Assembly (NCBI GenBank): GCA_028534125.1
Contig: CM052818.1
Coordinates: 6,264,001-6,328,000 of the forward strand
DNA from: Lama glama
Lineage: Eukaryota
DNA: 64,000 nucleotides
Reading direction: 5' to 3'
In this document: in pieces, positions 37,576 to 50,358 of the stretch
Layout of the letters: each line of letters begins with the position of its first letter
How positions within the stretch are numbered: the stretch's first letter is position 1
Translations under genes and position numbers: made by a program
Notes under the pieces: model-generated
Seen by the model: only the letters and a program-made list of their open reading frames with translations
What the model was told of the DNA's origin: nothing
Database searches by the model: none

Positions 37576-37768
37576 CTGGGTTTCTCAATCTCAGCACTGG
37601 AGGCCAAATAATTCATTATTTTAAGAAGCTGTTCTGTTCATTGTAGGATGGTTAGCAGCATCCTTGGCCTCTGTCCTCTAGATGCCAGTTGTGACAAATA
37701 AAAATGTCACCAGATGCTACTGCCAAATGTCCCTGGGGGGCAAAATCCTCGTCCAGTTGAAACCACTG
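37576..37768 (+). mobile_element. MER20 MITE
   Basis: TIRs CTGGGTTTCTCAA / TTGAAACCACTG. 8-bp TSD CTCTACAT / CTCTATGT, consistent with an ancestral CTCTACGT decayed at its CpG. Confidence 0.9.
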
Positions 37769-38609
37769 CTCTATGTCTACCTGGCTCCAGGAATATAGCA
37801 GATGCTCAATAAACACTTGCTGAACTGAGTGAAAATAAGAGTGGAGAGGAGACTGGAGGAGAAGTTGGCCAGGAAATGAATGGGCAAACAAGAGCCTGAA
37901 CCACATGTCTTCAGGACAGAGGAAAACTAAGCCCAGTGCCCTGCAACGGGATCACCCTGTGGGACCTCAGTCTCCTCAGCTGTCAACACAGAGGGTTACA
38001 CTAGAATCGCAAGGTTCACTTACAGTTTGACAACCCTAAGAACTATGCACAAAGCCTGCAGCTTAGTAGATACTCAATAAATATCTAATGAAAGCATTTA
38101 CTGGGCACCTATCATGTGCCAGGCAGGCTTGGGGCTAAGTCTTTTACATGCATTGTGTCATTTAATAGTCACAGCATCTCTCTGAGGTAGAAACTAAAAT
38201 GTTTAAACCAACTTCACAGATGAGAATAACAAAGCCTAGAGAAGTTACATAATGACTGTGTCTGGTGATGAGATCAGAACCGAGATACATCTAATTTTGG
38301 ACCCTGCACTCGTAACCATCATACATGCCGCAGCACAAATTATCCCCAGAACAGGCTGGTGGAAGAAATACCTTAGAATAAATGAGAACGTAAACCCCTG
38401 AAATACTCATCAAGGAAGTCAAGAATCTCAATGTTGGCAATGAGCAGCCTGAGACATCTTGTCTGATCTTTAACCACAGTGTGGTAGTCACTGAGCAAAG
38501 TGGAGCCTTCACACTTCTCTGCAAATGCTGAGTTCTAACCAGAGCAGCTGCAGATCACACTGACTGTTAGGGCTGGGCGGCTTTTGTTTCTGGCCATGAC
38601 ATCACACTC

Positions 38610-39345
38610 TGATAAATGCTAAGTTTGCAGCTGATTCCTTGATTCCCCACACCACACATCACTCCATCAATGAGGCTTAGCAGACCTACCTCTCAAGTCA
38701 GGGGCTTTTTTCCAACTTCACCATCGTCATCCTCTTCCAAGTCACCATCACCCTGGCCCCCATTACCAGCATCCCTGTGCTCGCTCACACTCCCCTTCTA
38801 AACAGAGTGACACTTATCAGAACTTACATTCAGTCATGTCACTCACCTGCTCTATACCCTCAGTGACTTCACCTTGTCCTTAAAATAAAAGCCAAAGTCC
38901 TTGCTGCAGCCTGCAAGGCCCCATGCTATTTGGCTCTTCAGCTCTCGTTCTCTGCTCCTCCCACACAGGACTTACCTGCTGCTTCCCAAACGCACCGTAC
39001 ATATGCCCACCTGAGGGTCTTTGTACTTGGTGTCTCCTATGACTGTAAGGCTCTGACAGCTTTCCTGTATTTAGCTCCTTCTTGGTAACTCAGGTCTCAG
39101 CTAAAATGGCACCCCTACAGTAAGACCTTCCCCGACCTCACAACAGAAATTCCTACCTCCTCCCAAAACCAGTATCACATCCCTCTGTTGTGTTTTCATC
39201 ACAGCACTTCAGTCTACATGAAAGTGCCTTGTTTACTTATTTGGTTGCTTTTTATGATTCATCTTCCTCACACTGGAATATAAGCCGTAAAAGAATGATG
39301 CCTGGCACAAAATACAGGCTCAATTAATTTGCTGAATGAGTAAAA
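38610..39345 (+). mobile_element. LINE-2 3' region
   Basis: CATGTCACTCACCTGCT...AAATAAAAGCCAAAGTCCTT...TGCCTGGCACAAAATACAGGCTCAATTAATTTGCTGAATGA. Confidence 0.85.
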
Positions 39346-39377
39346 GTAGACAGAGACCTTATGTGTTTTAGTCAAGG

Positions 39378-39672
39378 ATGTCTGTCCAGTAACTAGAGCC
39401 ACATACATAATTTTAAATTTTCTAGTAGCCACATTAAAAAAAAAAAAGTAAAGAGAAACAGATTAAACTTATTTCAATTATTACTTTATTTTACCAAATA
39501 TACTCAAAATATTATCATTTCAACATGTAACTAATATAAAAATTATTAATGAGATATTTTACATTCTTTTCTTCACATCAAGCCTTTGAAATGCTGCATG
39601 CATTTCATGTTTACAGAACATCTCAATTCAGAGCACATGTGGCTTATGGCTGCCTTACTGGAGAGCACACAT
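39378..39672. mobile_element. MER33-like hAT-Charlie MITE
   Basis: AATTTTAAATTTTCTAGTAGCCACATTAAAAA...AAAATATTATCATTTCAACATGTAA...CACATGTGGCT. Confidence 0.8.
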
Positions 39673-40899
39673 CTAGAACAGCGTCTGGCTCACAGAAAGT
39701 GCATGTCAGTCAGTAATGGCTGAACGGGGGAGTGAACTGAAGCCTGAGTCCAGAGCTCTGGGTAAGCCACTCCTCCACACTCCGTACTCACGTCACTTGT
39801 TGGTTAGTTGATAAGTTGGTTGGTTGGTTCTGATAATCTAAATACCAGACCTCTGCTTTACTGCTATCAAGCATGATTATTTTTTTTAACATTCAGCTCT
39901 GTATCCAGCCTTCCAACACCACTGGTGTTTCAGATTCTGCCATCTTACATACTTGTTAGTCCTCCCAGTTTCGCGTCAGGCTCAGACATGGTGACCACAC
40001 CACCTACACGGAGAAAAGCCTGGCCAGGCCTGGTCTAAGGCAGGTTTCTGCAGGACGCCTTGCATTGATCCATTTGCCATCCCTCGTTCAAGTTCTTCTA
40101 CCCTCTCTACATCTGACTGGACAATCCTATACTCTAATTTCTCTGATTTTCTCACAAGAGCATCACTTGCAGATCGGGAATCAAGCAATGCCCCAAGAAG
40201 TCCTTGGCTCAGTTTGGTATCTAACATTATTCTCATGTACTTCCTCTACGTATTTCCTTTCTGCAAATACACTGTCATCTCTATGTATGTAACTCAACAG
40301 ATTCTTTTTTAAAAAAGAAAAAATAGCACTGTTTATAACTAAATGATGATACGGATCTCTGTCATTTATGGATTTAACAGTCGTAATTTCAACTATTCCC
40401 TATCAAAGTAGTCCCTTTACTTGTGGGCACTAAAAGACCAGGGGATGAAAGGGGAGCATCTAGCTGATGAGAAAAACCTAGATGATGCCTTAGCTTCTCC
40501 ACTTCAATTTATGTTTTGTTTCTCTAATTTTCAGCTACACAGGAACTCTATAAACAATAAACCTGTGTATAGTGAGAAATTATCTCAGAAAGGAACCTAG
40601 AACACTGCTGGTGATGAAGAGAAAAAGTAAAAAGGAATATGAATTGAATGATATTTACCAGAAACAAGCAAGCAAGCAAAGAATGCTAATAAAAAGTAGA
40701 AGTGTAGGGTTCAGCATAACTCAGGGTTATTTTACATTGCTTCACTTAATCCTCTAAAATTCTTTTGGTAGAAACCCTATTTGTCATCCTCATTTTAATC
40801 CTAACTGAGTTATCCTAAATAAAATGTGAACCTCCATATTGCTCTTTTTTCTGAGAGTACACAAACCTGAATCCTGATTTATCACTTTCCACTACTAAT

Positions 40900-41090
40900 G
40901 TGTTTCCTAAACTGTGGTCTGCAAACCACCTCCATCAGGGTCACTGGGCTGTATCTCTAAAGAGGAGTCTCTCAGGCCCTACAGTATTCCTAGTGAATCA
41001 GACCCTCTGGGGATGAGATCTGTGAACCCTCACACTGAACAAGCTCCCCAAGTGACTCCAGTGCACATGAAAGTCTGTGAACTCCTGACC
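40900..41090. mobile_element. MER5A-like MITE
   Basis: GTGTTTCCTAAACTGTGGTCTGC...GAATCAGACCCTCTGGGGATG...AACAAGCTCCCCAAGTGACTC. Confidence 0.7.
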
Positions 41091-42794
41091 TAGCATCCAC
41101 CTTTCAAGACACTGTAAATAAAGACGAGCTATTCTAAAGTGTTGGCTGTTCCCACTTAACACACACCAGAATCACATAAAGAACATCTTCAAAATAAAAA
41201 CTTCTAGGTCACACCCCAGACAGTACAAATTAGGATCTCTTGGGGTTATATCTGCAAATATGTATTTTTAATACAAAATCCCTTGGCTTTTTAGAAGCAG
41301 CAGGCCAAGCCCCGATCAGTTGATGCACATTTGTAAATCACCGTGTAAGTCCCTATCTAGTTCATGTGGTCAAACTTGTGTAGATTTTATGCTATCAGTA
41401 AATCATAATTTGTGGTTGCATCATTTTAAAGAAAAGGAAGAAAGAAAATGTAAGATGTGATAACTTGATCTTGAAGTGTTTATTTTCCAATATATAAAAA
41501 ATATATATTTACCCAGCCTAAAAATTTGAAAAAGAAGTAACAGGCAGTTCCAGGAAGACAAGTAGTTATAAGCAATACAACTCTAAATACTCAGCAACCC
41601 TGAAGTTATTCAGTTGATTCCCTGGACTCCAATGGGAGAAGGACTTTCATAATTCAATCTCCAAATATTATGCAGGTAACAATATTTCTGGAATTTGTAT
41701 TCATGATTTCCATTCATCAAATGCAAGACATTTTCTCTCATGCAAAATCCACTCCTCCTAGAATTCCTAGTACAATCTGCTTATGAGATCCTGTGTAATC
41801 CAACTCAACAGGACACCCAGGTGATAACAAAGAAAATGTGTGAATCTTGGCAGTGAGAAACCAGTACTGATCAGTTGCCAGTTGACTCGCAAACTAGCCC
41901 ACAAAATGTAAGCACAGTGCTATTTTTGAAGAGGTCAGCAACCCAGCTGGCAGAAAGAAATAAAGTGCCAAGGAGTCTGGATTAATACGAAAATAATGCC
42001 TAAACAAGTAAATAAAACATTCAGAAAGGGATTCTGCTCCACAGCCTATCAGTGGAACTACAGGTCCCTCCAGAAATATCCCAGAAATACCATATTCTCT
42101 CAGTATTTACTGAAGGCCTTTTATGTAGCATCCTGTGGAGAAAACCCAGACCCAAAGGAATAACAGACAAAATAAAGCTGCACGTGGCCATGAGATAACA
42201 GCAGGAGCTGGTTATGGATGGCTACATCCAGCCCCCAAACACACGGTCCCATACATTGGAGGCTGGGAGAAAGTCAGTAAAGAGTCATAGGCCCTAAGAA
42301 CTGGAAGTCTGAGCCCGTCAGAACAAGCTCATCTTTTGTGCTTCAGCAAGGAGCACAACAAGGGAAGCCCAGCTACAGGAGGAAAGACAGAGTGGCTGAT
42401 GTGAAGTCCTCTATACACTGGGACAGGAAGACTGTGTGCTTTCAAAGTAAGTATGAGAGTGTCAGTTCTTCAAATAGCAGAATCAGGTCAGCTGGGGAGA
42501 GAGGAAGATGCGAGCAGAAGCGTAGATGTGATGAAAGCGAAATGTATACAAAGTAGAAGCCCTTTCAACTGAACCTCACTCAACCAACTCTCCACATTAA
42601 CCAGTACTCCTTATTCCCTCTCTAAAACCTACAGGCAAGTGCCAGGTCATACTGAATGCCTGTCGTCAACAGGCTACTCCCCAACATTCCTGGACACCTT
42701 CACCTCCACCAGTTAGGATAACAAGAGGCCCAAACTGTCTCTGCCAAGTGCACCTACTGTTACAAGGAAGTACTTTGTTTAAAGGTATAAAAAC

Positions 42795-43222
42795 AATGAA
42801 ATAGAACGAAAACAGAGCTGTTTCCATGAAAACTAAATTGCATTGAAAGAATACAATAAAATGAGTTTTTGTTGTTGTTGTTTTTTAAAAAGGTCACTGT
42901 GGAATTTGGAGTAGGTTTAACAGCTTTTAAAGACTTGAGAATATTGTAAAAATCTAGAAGGACCCAAACAAGGAAAATGGAGAAGATTTGGTTTACATAA
43001 GAAAGATGACTCAGAACTCTAATTAGCAGAGCCATACTCAAAGGAAAGGCCCAATGCTCACAGTGAAAGAGAATGTGACAATGAATGTATGTATGCTCAT
43101 GTATAACTGAAAACTTGTGCTCTACACTGGAATTTGACACAACATTGTAGAATGACTATAACTCAATTAAAACAAATGTTTAAAAAAAAAAGAAAGAAAG
43201 GCCCAATGCTACATGAAAAAGA
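42795..43222 (+). mobile_element. Tigger/pogo-type transposase N-terminal (HTH/CENP-B-like) fossil, interrupted by a young L1 tail
   Basis: Pieces translate to MKTKL, VEFGVGLTAFKDLR and IWFT*ER*LRTLISRAILKGKAQ, similar to Tigger/JRK-like motifs (W-F-x-Q-x-R...P-I-S-G-P-I-L-K-E-K-A). Confidence 0.65.
43059..43195 (+). mobile_element. Young, heavily 5'-truncated lineage-specific L1 3' end with poly(A)
   Basis: Perfect 15-bp TSD GAAAGGCCCAATGCT at 43044-43058 and 43196-43210. A-rich tail. Ends ACAACATTGTAGAATGACTATAACTCAA. Confidence 0.9.
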
Positions 43223-44758
43223 AAAGAACTTGGTGTGCAAGAAGAAAATAAAATTTGACCATGATCCCACTACCCAGAGTGAAACACCCTTAGCAGTTTT
43301 GTGTTAAAAGTATACATATGTATATATCTATATATATATGTACATATACGTATGTGTGTATGCATATATACACATGGGCCAGTTTTTTATTGCTAAAAAT
43401 ACTGCCATGTAATGTATTTTTCTTCGTGAATAAATCATGACTATCTTCTGGTGTAAGTATTTATCCACAATACCTTTTTAACAGCCTTGTAGCATTCCAT
43501 TTTATGGACACACCATAACTGATTCAGTGAATCCCCTTTTGCTGGACTTTTAAGTTGATTCCCATTTATATCTATTGTAAGCAATGCTGCCACCATTGTT
43601 CACAGCCTCCACAATTTCCCTAGGACATATCCTGATGGCTGTAACTTGCTGAACCAGAAGGGAGTTTCCAGCTCTGCTCCTTCTTGTTCTTATTAAAAGG
43701 GCCACTATGGCTGCAAGATGGATGCTGGGATGGAGCACAGCAAACTCTGTGCCAGTTTTGTGCTAAAGGCAGAGGCAGATCTGTAAATCTTTCTCTAATT
43801 ACCTACAAAATGGAACATGAGCCTTATTATCTAAATACTTTGAGTCCCTGACATAGATCTTTCCTAGGTATGCATCTATGAAATTTTTTAATACAATCTC
43901 AGCAAACTCAGTACTGTCCCTATTCTGATCACTAACATTTCTTAAATTCCCTCCATTAGGTGCTAGTGGCATTTCCACTGTATGAGTGTTCTGTGGCTTT
44001 GTCCTCAAGAAACTTAGGAGGGGCCTGCACATGTGTAATTTAGGGGGATGTTTGTCATTTTATTGGCTGCATAGCATCTCAGCCCCTTTCCAATGCCTGA
44101 GGCCCTCATCTTTAGCCTCTCCAACACTCATTCTGCCAGTGATCCAGATGGCAGCACTTGGGCATGGCCAGGAAAGCGGACTTGCCTGGATCTGCATCTG
44201 TTGCCAGCACAGAATTCCTCTTGGTGGCAGCCAGTGGTGATGTCAGTGGTGTTCTCAACAGCTGATTCTGCAGTATACTCATACTGTGATTCTGAACATA
44301 GAACCTCCCTGCTTTCCTGCTCATCCCCTGAGCCTCATGGCAACTCTGTTAGCTACCGATATTCTTACAATGAATTCCTTGTTGTAAAAGTACACCTTTG
44401 CTGCTTGCAAACCTGACTTAAATGCCTAAAACAATAGACACTTGTGCCATAATTATGCAACACAAAGGGCTCAGAGCAGGGTGGGCCACTCCCAAACTCA
44501 TGCTTCCCAATAGCTTGATATTTTGTATGACTGGTGAAAGAGAACCAAAGTGAGGGTTTAAACTACTAAAAACACGGTTAATCAAAGTGTACTTCCTCTT
44601 AGTGTACTTATCAGCACATTTATTAAATATAGAAGAGTTATTTCCTCCCTGTGAGAGTTTGGTCTTGATAGACACACAAATAAAGAAAAACCTAGATGCT
44701 CATTGTGTGAATCGACCTACATATTACACATTAAAGGAACAGTGGAGATCATCCAGTC

Positions 44759-44879
44759 CAGGGTCAGCAAGCTTTCTCTGTAAAGAGCCAGGCAGTAAAT
44801 ATTTTAGATTTTGTGGGCCACAACCTCTGTCACATATTCTTCTTCTTTTTTAAAAAACAATCCTTTAAAAACATAAAAC
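44759..44879 (+). mobile_element. MER58C-like MITE, left half
   Basis: CAGGGTCAGCAAGCTTTCTCTGTAAAGAGCCAGGCAGTAAATATTTTAG, preceded by ATCCAGTC (44751-44758). Confidence 0.85.
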
Positions 44880-44950
44880 TCACTGGAGGTCTCACATTTC
44901 CTGGCTTCAAAGCTTATTACAGAGCTACAGTAATCAAAAAAGTATGATAC

Positions 44951-46287
44951 TAACCGGACAGCTAGATGTAAAACAATGAGATTAGAATACTTCCTCAGAC
45001 CACATACAAAAATAAACTCAAGATAGATTAAAGACCTAAACATAATACCTGAAACCATAAAACTCCTAGAAGAGAACATATGCAGAACAGTGTTTGACAT
45101 AAACAGCAATTTTTTTTGGATCTGTCTCCTAAGGCAGATTAATTTGTTTATTAATTTGTTTATTAATAAACAAATGGGACCTAATTAAACTTAAAAGGTT
45201 TTGCACAGCAAAGGAAACCAATGACAAAACAAAAAGACAACCTACAGAATGGGAGAAAATACCTGTAAACGATACAACCTAGAGGGGGTTAATAGCCAAA
45301 ACTGATAAACAGGTCATACAACTCAATATCAAAAAACAAACAATTTAATCAAAAAATGGGCAGAACACCGAAATAGACACTTTTCCAAAGAAGACATACA
45401 GATGGCTAACATGCATGTGAAAAGATGCTCAACGTCACTAATTATCAGATAAATGTAAATCAAAATCACAGTGAGATATCACCTCACATCTGTCAGAATG
45501 GCTATCATCAAAGAGTCTACAAATAGTAAATGCTGGTGAGGATGTGAAGAAAAGGGAACCCCTGTACACTTGATAGGAACATAAAATTGGTGCAGCCTCT
45601 ACAGAAAACAGTATGGAAGTTTCTCAAAAAAACTAAAAATAGAACTACCATATAATCTAGCAATTCCATTCTGAAGTATGTATCTGGAAAAATGAAAACA
45701 CTCATTCCAAAAGATACATGCACCCCAGTGTTCATAGTAGTACTATTTACAAGAGTCAAAATATGGAAACAACCCAAATTTCCATCAATGACGAATTGAT
45801 TTATATATACACACACATATATATACACACATTATAATGTACATATATTAAAATGGAATATTATTCAGCCATAAAAAATAATGAAATTCTGCCATTTGTA
45901 GCAAAATAGATGGACCTACAGAATATTATGCTTAGTGAAATGTTAGACAAAGACAAATACTGTGTGATATCACTTATATGTGGAATCTAAAAAACAACAG
46001 AAATGAATGTATATAACAAATCAGAAACAGATTCACAGATATAGAAAACAAACTAGTGGTTACCAGCTGGGGGACAGGAGGAGAGAGGGACAAGTTAGGG
46101 GTATGAGATTAAGAGGTACAAACTATCATGTATAAAACAGATAAGCAACAAAGATATATTGTATAGCACAGGGAGTTATAATCTTGTAACAACTTTCAAT
46201 GACATAATCTGTAAAAACATTGCATCACTATGCTGCATACCTGAAATTAATATTACACTGTAAATCAACTATACTTCAATTTAAAAA
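44951..46287 (+). mobile_element. Nested 5'-truncated L1 (younger, artiodactyl-type 3'UTR)
   Basis: ORF2 C-terminal region plus a 3'UTR ending TACACTGTAAATCAACTATACTTCAATTTAAAAAAA. The host ORF2 resumes after it (TGTGGTATTGGCATAAAGACAGAC). Confidence 0.8.
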
Positions 46288-46862
46288 AACAAACTGTGGT
46301 ATTGGCATAAAGACAGACAAACAGGTCAAACCAATGGAACAGAACAGAAAGTCCAGAAATAAAACCTCCTCTTTATGGACAAATGATTTTAGACAGGCAT
46401 GCTAAGTTAATTCAATGGGGAAAGAACAGTCTTTTCAACAAACGGTGATAGGAAACTAAACATCCACATGCAAAAGAATGAAATTGGACCCTTACCTTAT
46501 ACCATATGTAAAAAGTAACTCAAAATGGATCAAAGACCTAAACATAAGAGCTAAAATTACAACATTCTTAAAAGGAAATATAGAAGAAGAGCTTCATGAC
46601 ATTGGATTTGGCGATGATTCCATGGATGTGATGCCAAAAGCACAAGCAACAAAAGGAAAAAATAATAAATTGGGCTACATCAAAATTAAAAACTTGTGTT
46701 CATCAAAAGGTACAATCAACAAAGTGAAAAGGCAACTCATGGAATAGGAGAAAACAAATCATATACCTGATAAAGGTTAATATGCAGACTATATAAAGAA
46801 CTACAACTCAACAACGAAAAGCTACAACCCTATTAAAAACTGGGCAAAGGACTTAAATAGAC

Positions 46863-47622
46863 TTTAGCTAGACTAAGAAAAAAAAGAGAAAAGACAAATA
46901 AATAAAATCAGAAATTAAAGAGGAGACATCACAACTGATACCACAGAAATACAAAGGATCATGAGAATTCTATGAAAAATTATACACCAACAAACTGGAA
47001 AACCTAGAAGAAATGGATAAATTCCTAGACATGTATAACCACCAAGACTGACTCATGAAGATTGAATATATAATCAGATCAGTAATGAACAAGGAAACTA
47101 ATCAGGAATCAAAAATCTCACAACACAGAAAAACCTAGGACCAAATGATTTTACTGATGAATTCTACCAAACACTTGAAGAAGAATTAATGCCAATCTTT
47201 CTCAAACTCTCCCAAATAACTGAAGAGGATAGAACACTCCTGAATTCATTTTACAAGGCCAGCATTACCCTGATACCAAAGCCAGAAAAGGACACCACAT
47301 AAAAAGAAAACCACATGAGATATCACCTCACACCCATTAAAATGGATGTCATCAAAAAGACAAGGGGTAAGTGTTGGTGAAAATGTGGAGAAAAGAGAGC
47401 CCCTGTACACTGCTGGAGGGAATGTAAACTGATACAGCCACTATGGAAAACAGCATGGAGGTTCCTCAAAAAATTAAAAATAGAACTACCAGATGATCCA
47501 GCAATCCCTCTTCTGGGTATATATCCAAAGGAAATGACAATGGCACTATTCACAATAGCCAAGACATGGAAATAACCTAAGTGTCTGTCAGTGAACGAAT
47601 AAATGAAGAAATGTTATACACA

Positions 47623-47662
<40 letters not shown>

Positions 47663-48186
47663 GGGAATATTATTTAGCCATGAGAAAAAAGGAAACCCTG
47701 CCATTTGCCACATGGATGAATCTTGAGGGCATTATGCTAAGTGAAATAAATCAAATAAATATAAGTACTGTATGATATCATTTACACATGAAATCTAAAA
47801 AAAGCCACATTCATAGAAACAGTGACTAGAATGGCAGTTACCAAGTACTGGTGGTTGAGAGAAATGGGAGATATTGGTCAAAGGGTACTAACTTCCAGGT
47901 AAAAGATGAATAAGTCCTGGTGCTCAAATGTACAGCATGGTGACTAGAGTTAAATATACTATATTACATACTTGAAAGTTGCTAAGACAGTAGACCTTAC
48001 GTGTTCTCACCACAAAAAAGAAACGGTAATTATGTGATGTAATGGAGTTGTTATCTAAAGCTATGGTAGTAATCATACTGCAACATTTAAGTATATCAAA
48101 TCAAAACATTGTACATCTTAAACTTATACACTATCATTATGTTAATTATATCTCAATAAAATTTGAAACAATTATAAAAAAGAAAG
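46863..48186 (+). mobile_element. Nested L1 (L1MA-like 3'UTR) with a large internal deletion
   Basis: Jumps from mid-ORF2 (AAGGCCAGCATTACCCTGATACCAAAGCCAG) to the ORF2 end (ATGAGATATCACCTCACACC) near 47315. Contains a (CA)n tract at ~47625-47660. Confidence 0.7.
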
Positions 48187-48346
48187 TTCTCAGAGAAATA
48201 TTTGCACCCACATGTTTCTAGCAGCACTATTCACAATAGTAAAAAAGTAGAAGCAACCTAAGTTGCCATCAACAGATAAATGGATAAACAAAATATGGTA
48301 AATATATATAATGGATTGCTTTTCAGCCTTAAAAAGAAAGGAAATT

Positions 48347-48487
48347 TTTAAATGATACAATAGGACAGTTATACTTAATTGACATTTTCAGGAAATTACA
48401 CCCAGAAAAACCAGAATATACATTCTTTTCAAGGGCACATGGAACACCATCTAAGATAGACCACATACTAGGACACATACACAGAGT
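48347..48487 (+). mobile_element. Isolated L1 ORF2 endonuclease fragment flanked by a TSD
   Basis: Translates LNDTIGQLYLIDIFRKLHPEKPEYTFFSRAHGTPSKIDHILGH. Flanked by AAGGAAATT at 48338-48346 and 48488-48496. Confidence 0.85.
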
Positions 48488-48811
48488 AAGGAAATTCTGA
48501 CACGAGCTATAACATGAATGAAGCTTAAAGACATTATACTGAGTGAAATAAGCCAGTCATAAAAAGGTAAGTTCAGTATGATTCCACTTACATAAGATAC
48601 ACAGAGCAGTCAAATTCAGAGACAAAGAAAGTAGAACGGGGGTGGCCAAGGGCTGGGAGAAGAGGGACTGGGAAGTTTCACTAAAAAGAGTTCTGGAGAT
48701 AAGTGGTGGTAGATGTACCTATGACACTGAACTGTACACTTACAAATGGTTAAGACAGTAAATTTTGTGTATTTTACTACAATAAAAATTGTATAGCTAT
48801 ATAGATATATC

Positions 48812-48848
<37 letters not shown>

Positions 48849-48849
<1 letters not shown>

Positions 48850-48919
48850 ATTCTTGGTTCACAGACCAAACAAAAACAGTCCTCAGACCTGATGCAGCCC
48901 ACATATTAGCTGACCCCCA
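48849..48919 (+). mobile_element. MER58C-like MITE, right half
   Basis: ATTCTTGGTTCACAGACCAAACAAAAACAG...GCTGACCCCCA, followed by ATCCAGTC (48920-48927). Confidence 0.8.
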
Positions 48920-49394
48920 ATCCAGTCCAGTGATCTCCAAATATTTTTCCAAGGTGCCCCGGAAAGAAGCTGGACCTCTGCAGCTGCCAGGCAGATCCTA
49001 TGAAAGTTCTATGGGGAGGATTCTAGGTTCCCTACCCTTGCTTCCACCAGCTCCTCCCTTCCCTGGAGTTCTGTGGGCTTGACTTGAGGAAGGTCTCTAA
49101 TGGTTGGAAAGGTTTAGAAAACCACTGCCTAATCCATCTTCCTTGTGCACAGAGATGGCAAGTGAGATGTCCAGCAGAGTTGGGACCAGAACTGAAGTCC
49201 TCAGACTGTGCCTGTCCCTTATACCACCCAGCCTCCCCCCAAGGAAGGCCACTCCCCACTAACACAGCAGACTCCGGCTTCCACTCAGCAGATCCCCTCA
49301 GACTGGTGACTCAAATCCCAGTAAATTTAAGTGACTTTTTCAGCACTCTGTGTGCCCAGAAAGCATGAGGAAAGTCCAAGGTCGGATCCTGCTC

Positions 49395-49880
49395 TGTGGT
49401 AGTTAGAATAACAGCTCCCCCTAGAGATCTCCTATCCCTAGTCCCTGGAACCTACAAGTATGTTACATTACGTGACAAAAGGTTAAAGACCTTGACATAG
49501 AGAGGTTATCCTGGATTTTACAGGTGGGCTCAAGCTACTCAGGTGGCTTCACAATCCTCAAAAACAAAGAAATTTTCCAGGCTATAGTTAGCCAGAGGGC
49601 AATGTGACTGTTGAAGTGTGATCAGAGACAGAACGTTGCTGGCTTTGAAGACAGAGGAAGGGGATTGCAAACCAAGAAACGTGAAAAGTCTCTAGAAGTC
49701 AAAAAAGGCAAGGAAACAGGTTCCTCCTTGGAGCTTCTAGAAAGAATCACAGCATCACCAATACCTTAATTTTAACCCCTCAGACTGCTAAGCTACAGCA
49801 TTGTAAGATAACAAATTTATGTTGTTTTAAGCCACAAAGTGTGTGGTAATTTACTAGAGCAGCCATAGGAAACTGATACG
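49395..49880 (+). mobile_element. MaLR solo LTR (MLT1D-type)
   Basis: TGTGGTAG start, TTTAAGCCACAAAGTGTGTGGTAATT end region, perfect 5-bp TSD TGCTC (49390-49394 / 49881-49885). Confidence 0.9.
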
Positions 49881-50358
49881 TGCTCTCAGACACACACAGG
49901 ACAGCTTACACACCTGCAGCTTGCAGTCAGGGAGGAGCATCTGCTCACCTGGCCCTCCCACCTTCTCCACTAATAAGCACAGTGGCCCCCTGAACACCCA
50001 GCTCTTTCCAGAAGACCATGAAATCAAACATGAGCCAATCTGGAGATTTCCCAGGGCAGAAAGTCATAACAACAGAATTAAAAAATTCAAACTATCTCTG
50101 TAAATAACAGTCATTGAACTTGACAAGTATTTCAACAGCTGAAAGAAAAAAAAATCATCAATTCAGGATTTCTGTCCCCACATTCTGGACACTTGATGGG
50201 CAAGGACAAAGTCAGTGTTATAATAATGCTAAAAACACAGTCTGGCCTATATACATGGAATGTGTGGTGGGGTGGATGTGTCTGTGTGTCAGACACAGGA
50301 CAGAGGGATCAGTTCAGCCACTTATTTTACTACATTGACTTTGCACTTCTCTCCAGGT

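Larger units (their letters stand above)
44880..48790 (+). mobile_element. Composite L1 block: L1MB-like host L1 (pieces ~44880-44950, 46288-46862, 48188-48346, 48488-48790) with three nested L1 insertions
   Basis: ORF2-like translation MKLDPYLIPYVKSNSKWIKDLNIR (46478-46747). Three separate 3'UTR/A-rich ends near 46285, 48180 and 48788. Confidence 0.9.

Noticed and set aside
44135..44165. CTCF-like motif TCCAGATGGCAGCAC
   Set aside because: The 5' half of the core is mismatched, and a partial match is expected by chance in 64 kb.
46478..46747. L1 ORF2-like ORF as an active or domesticated CDS
   Set aside because: Short surviving frame within a fragmented, multiply interrupted L1.
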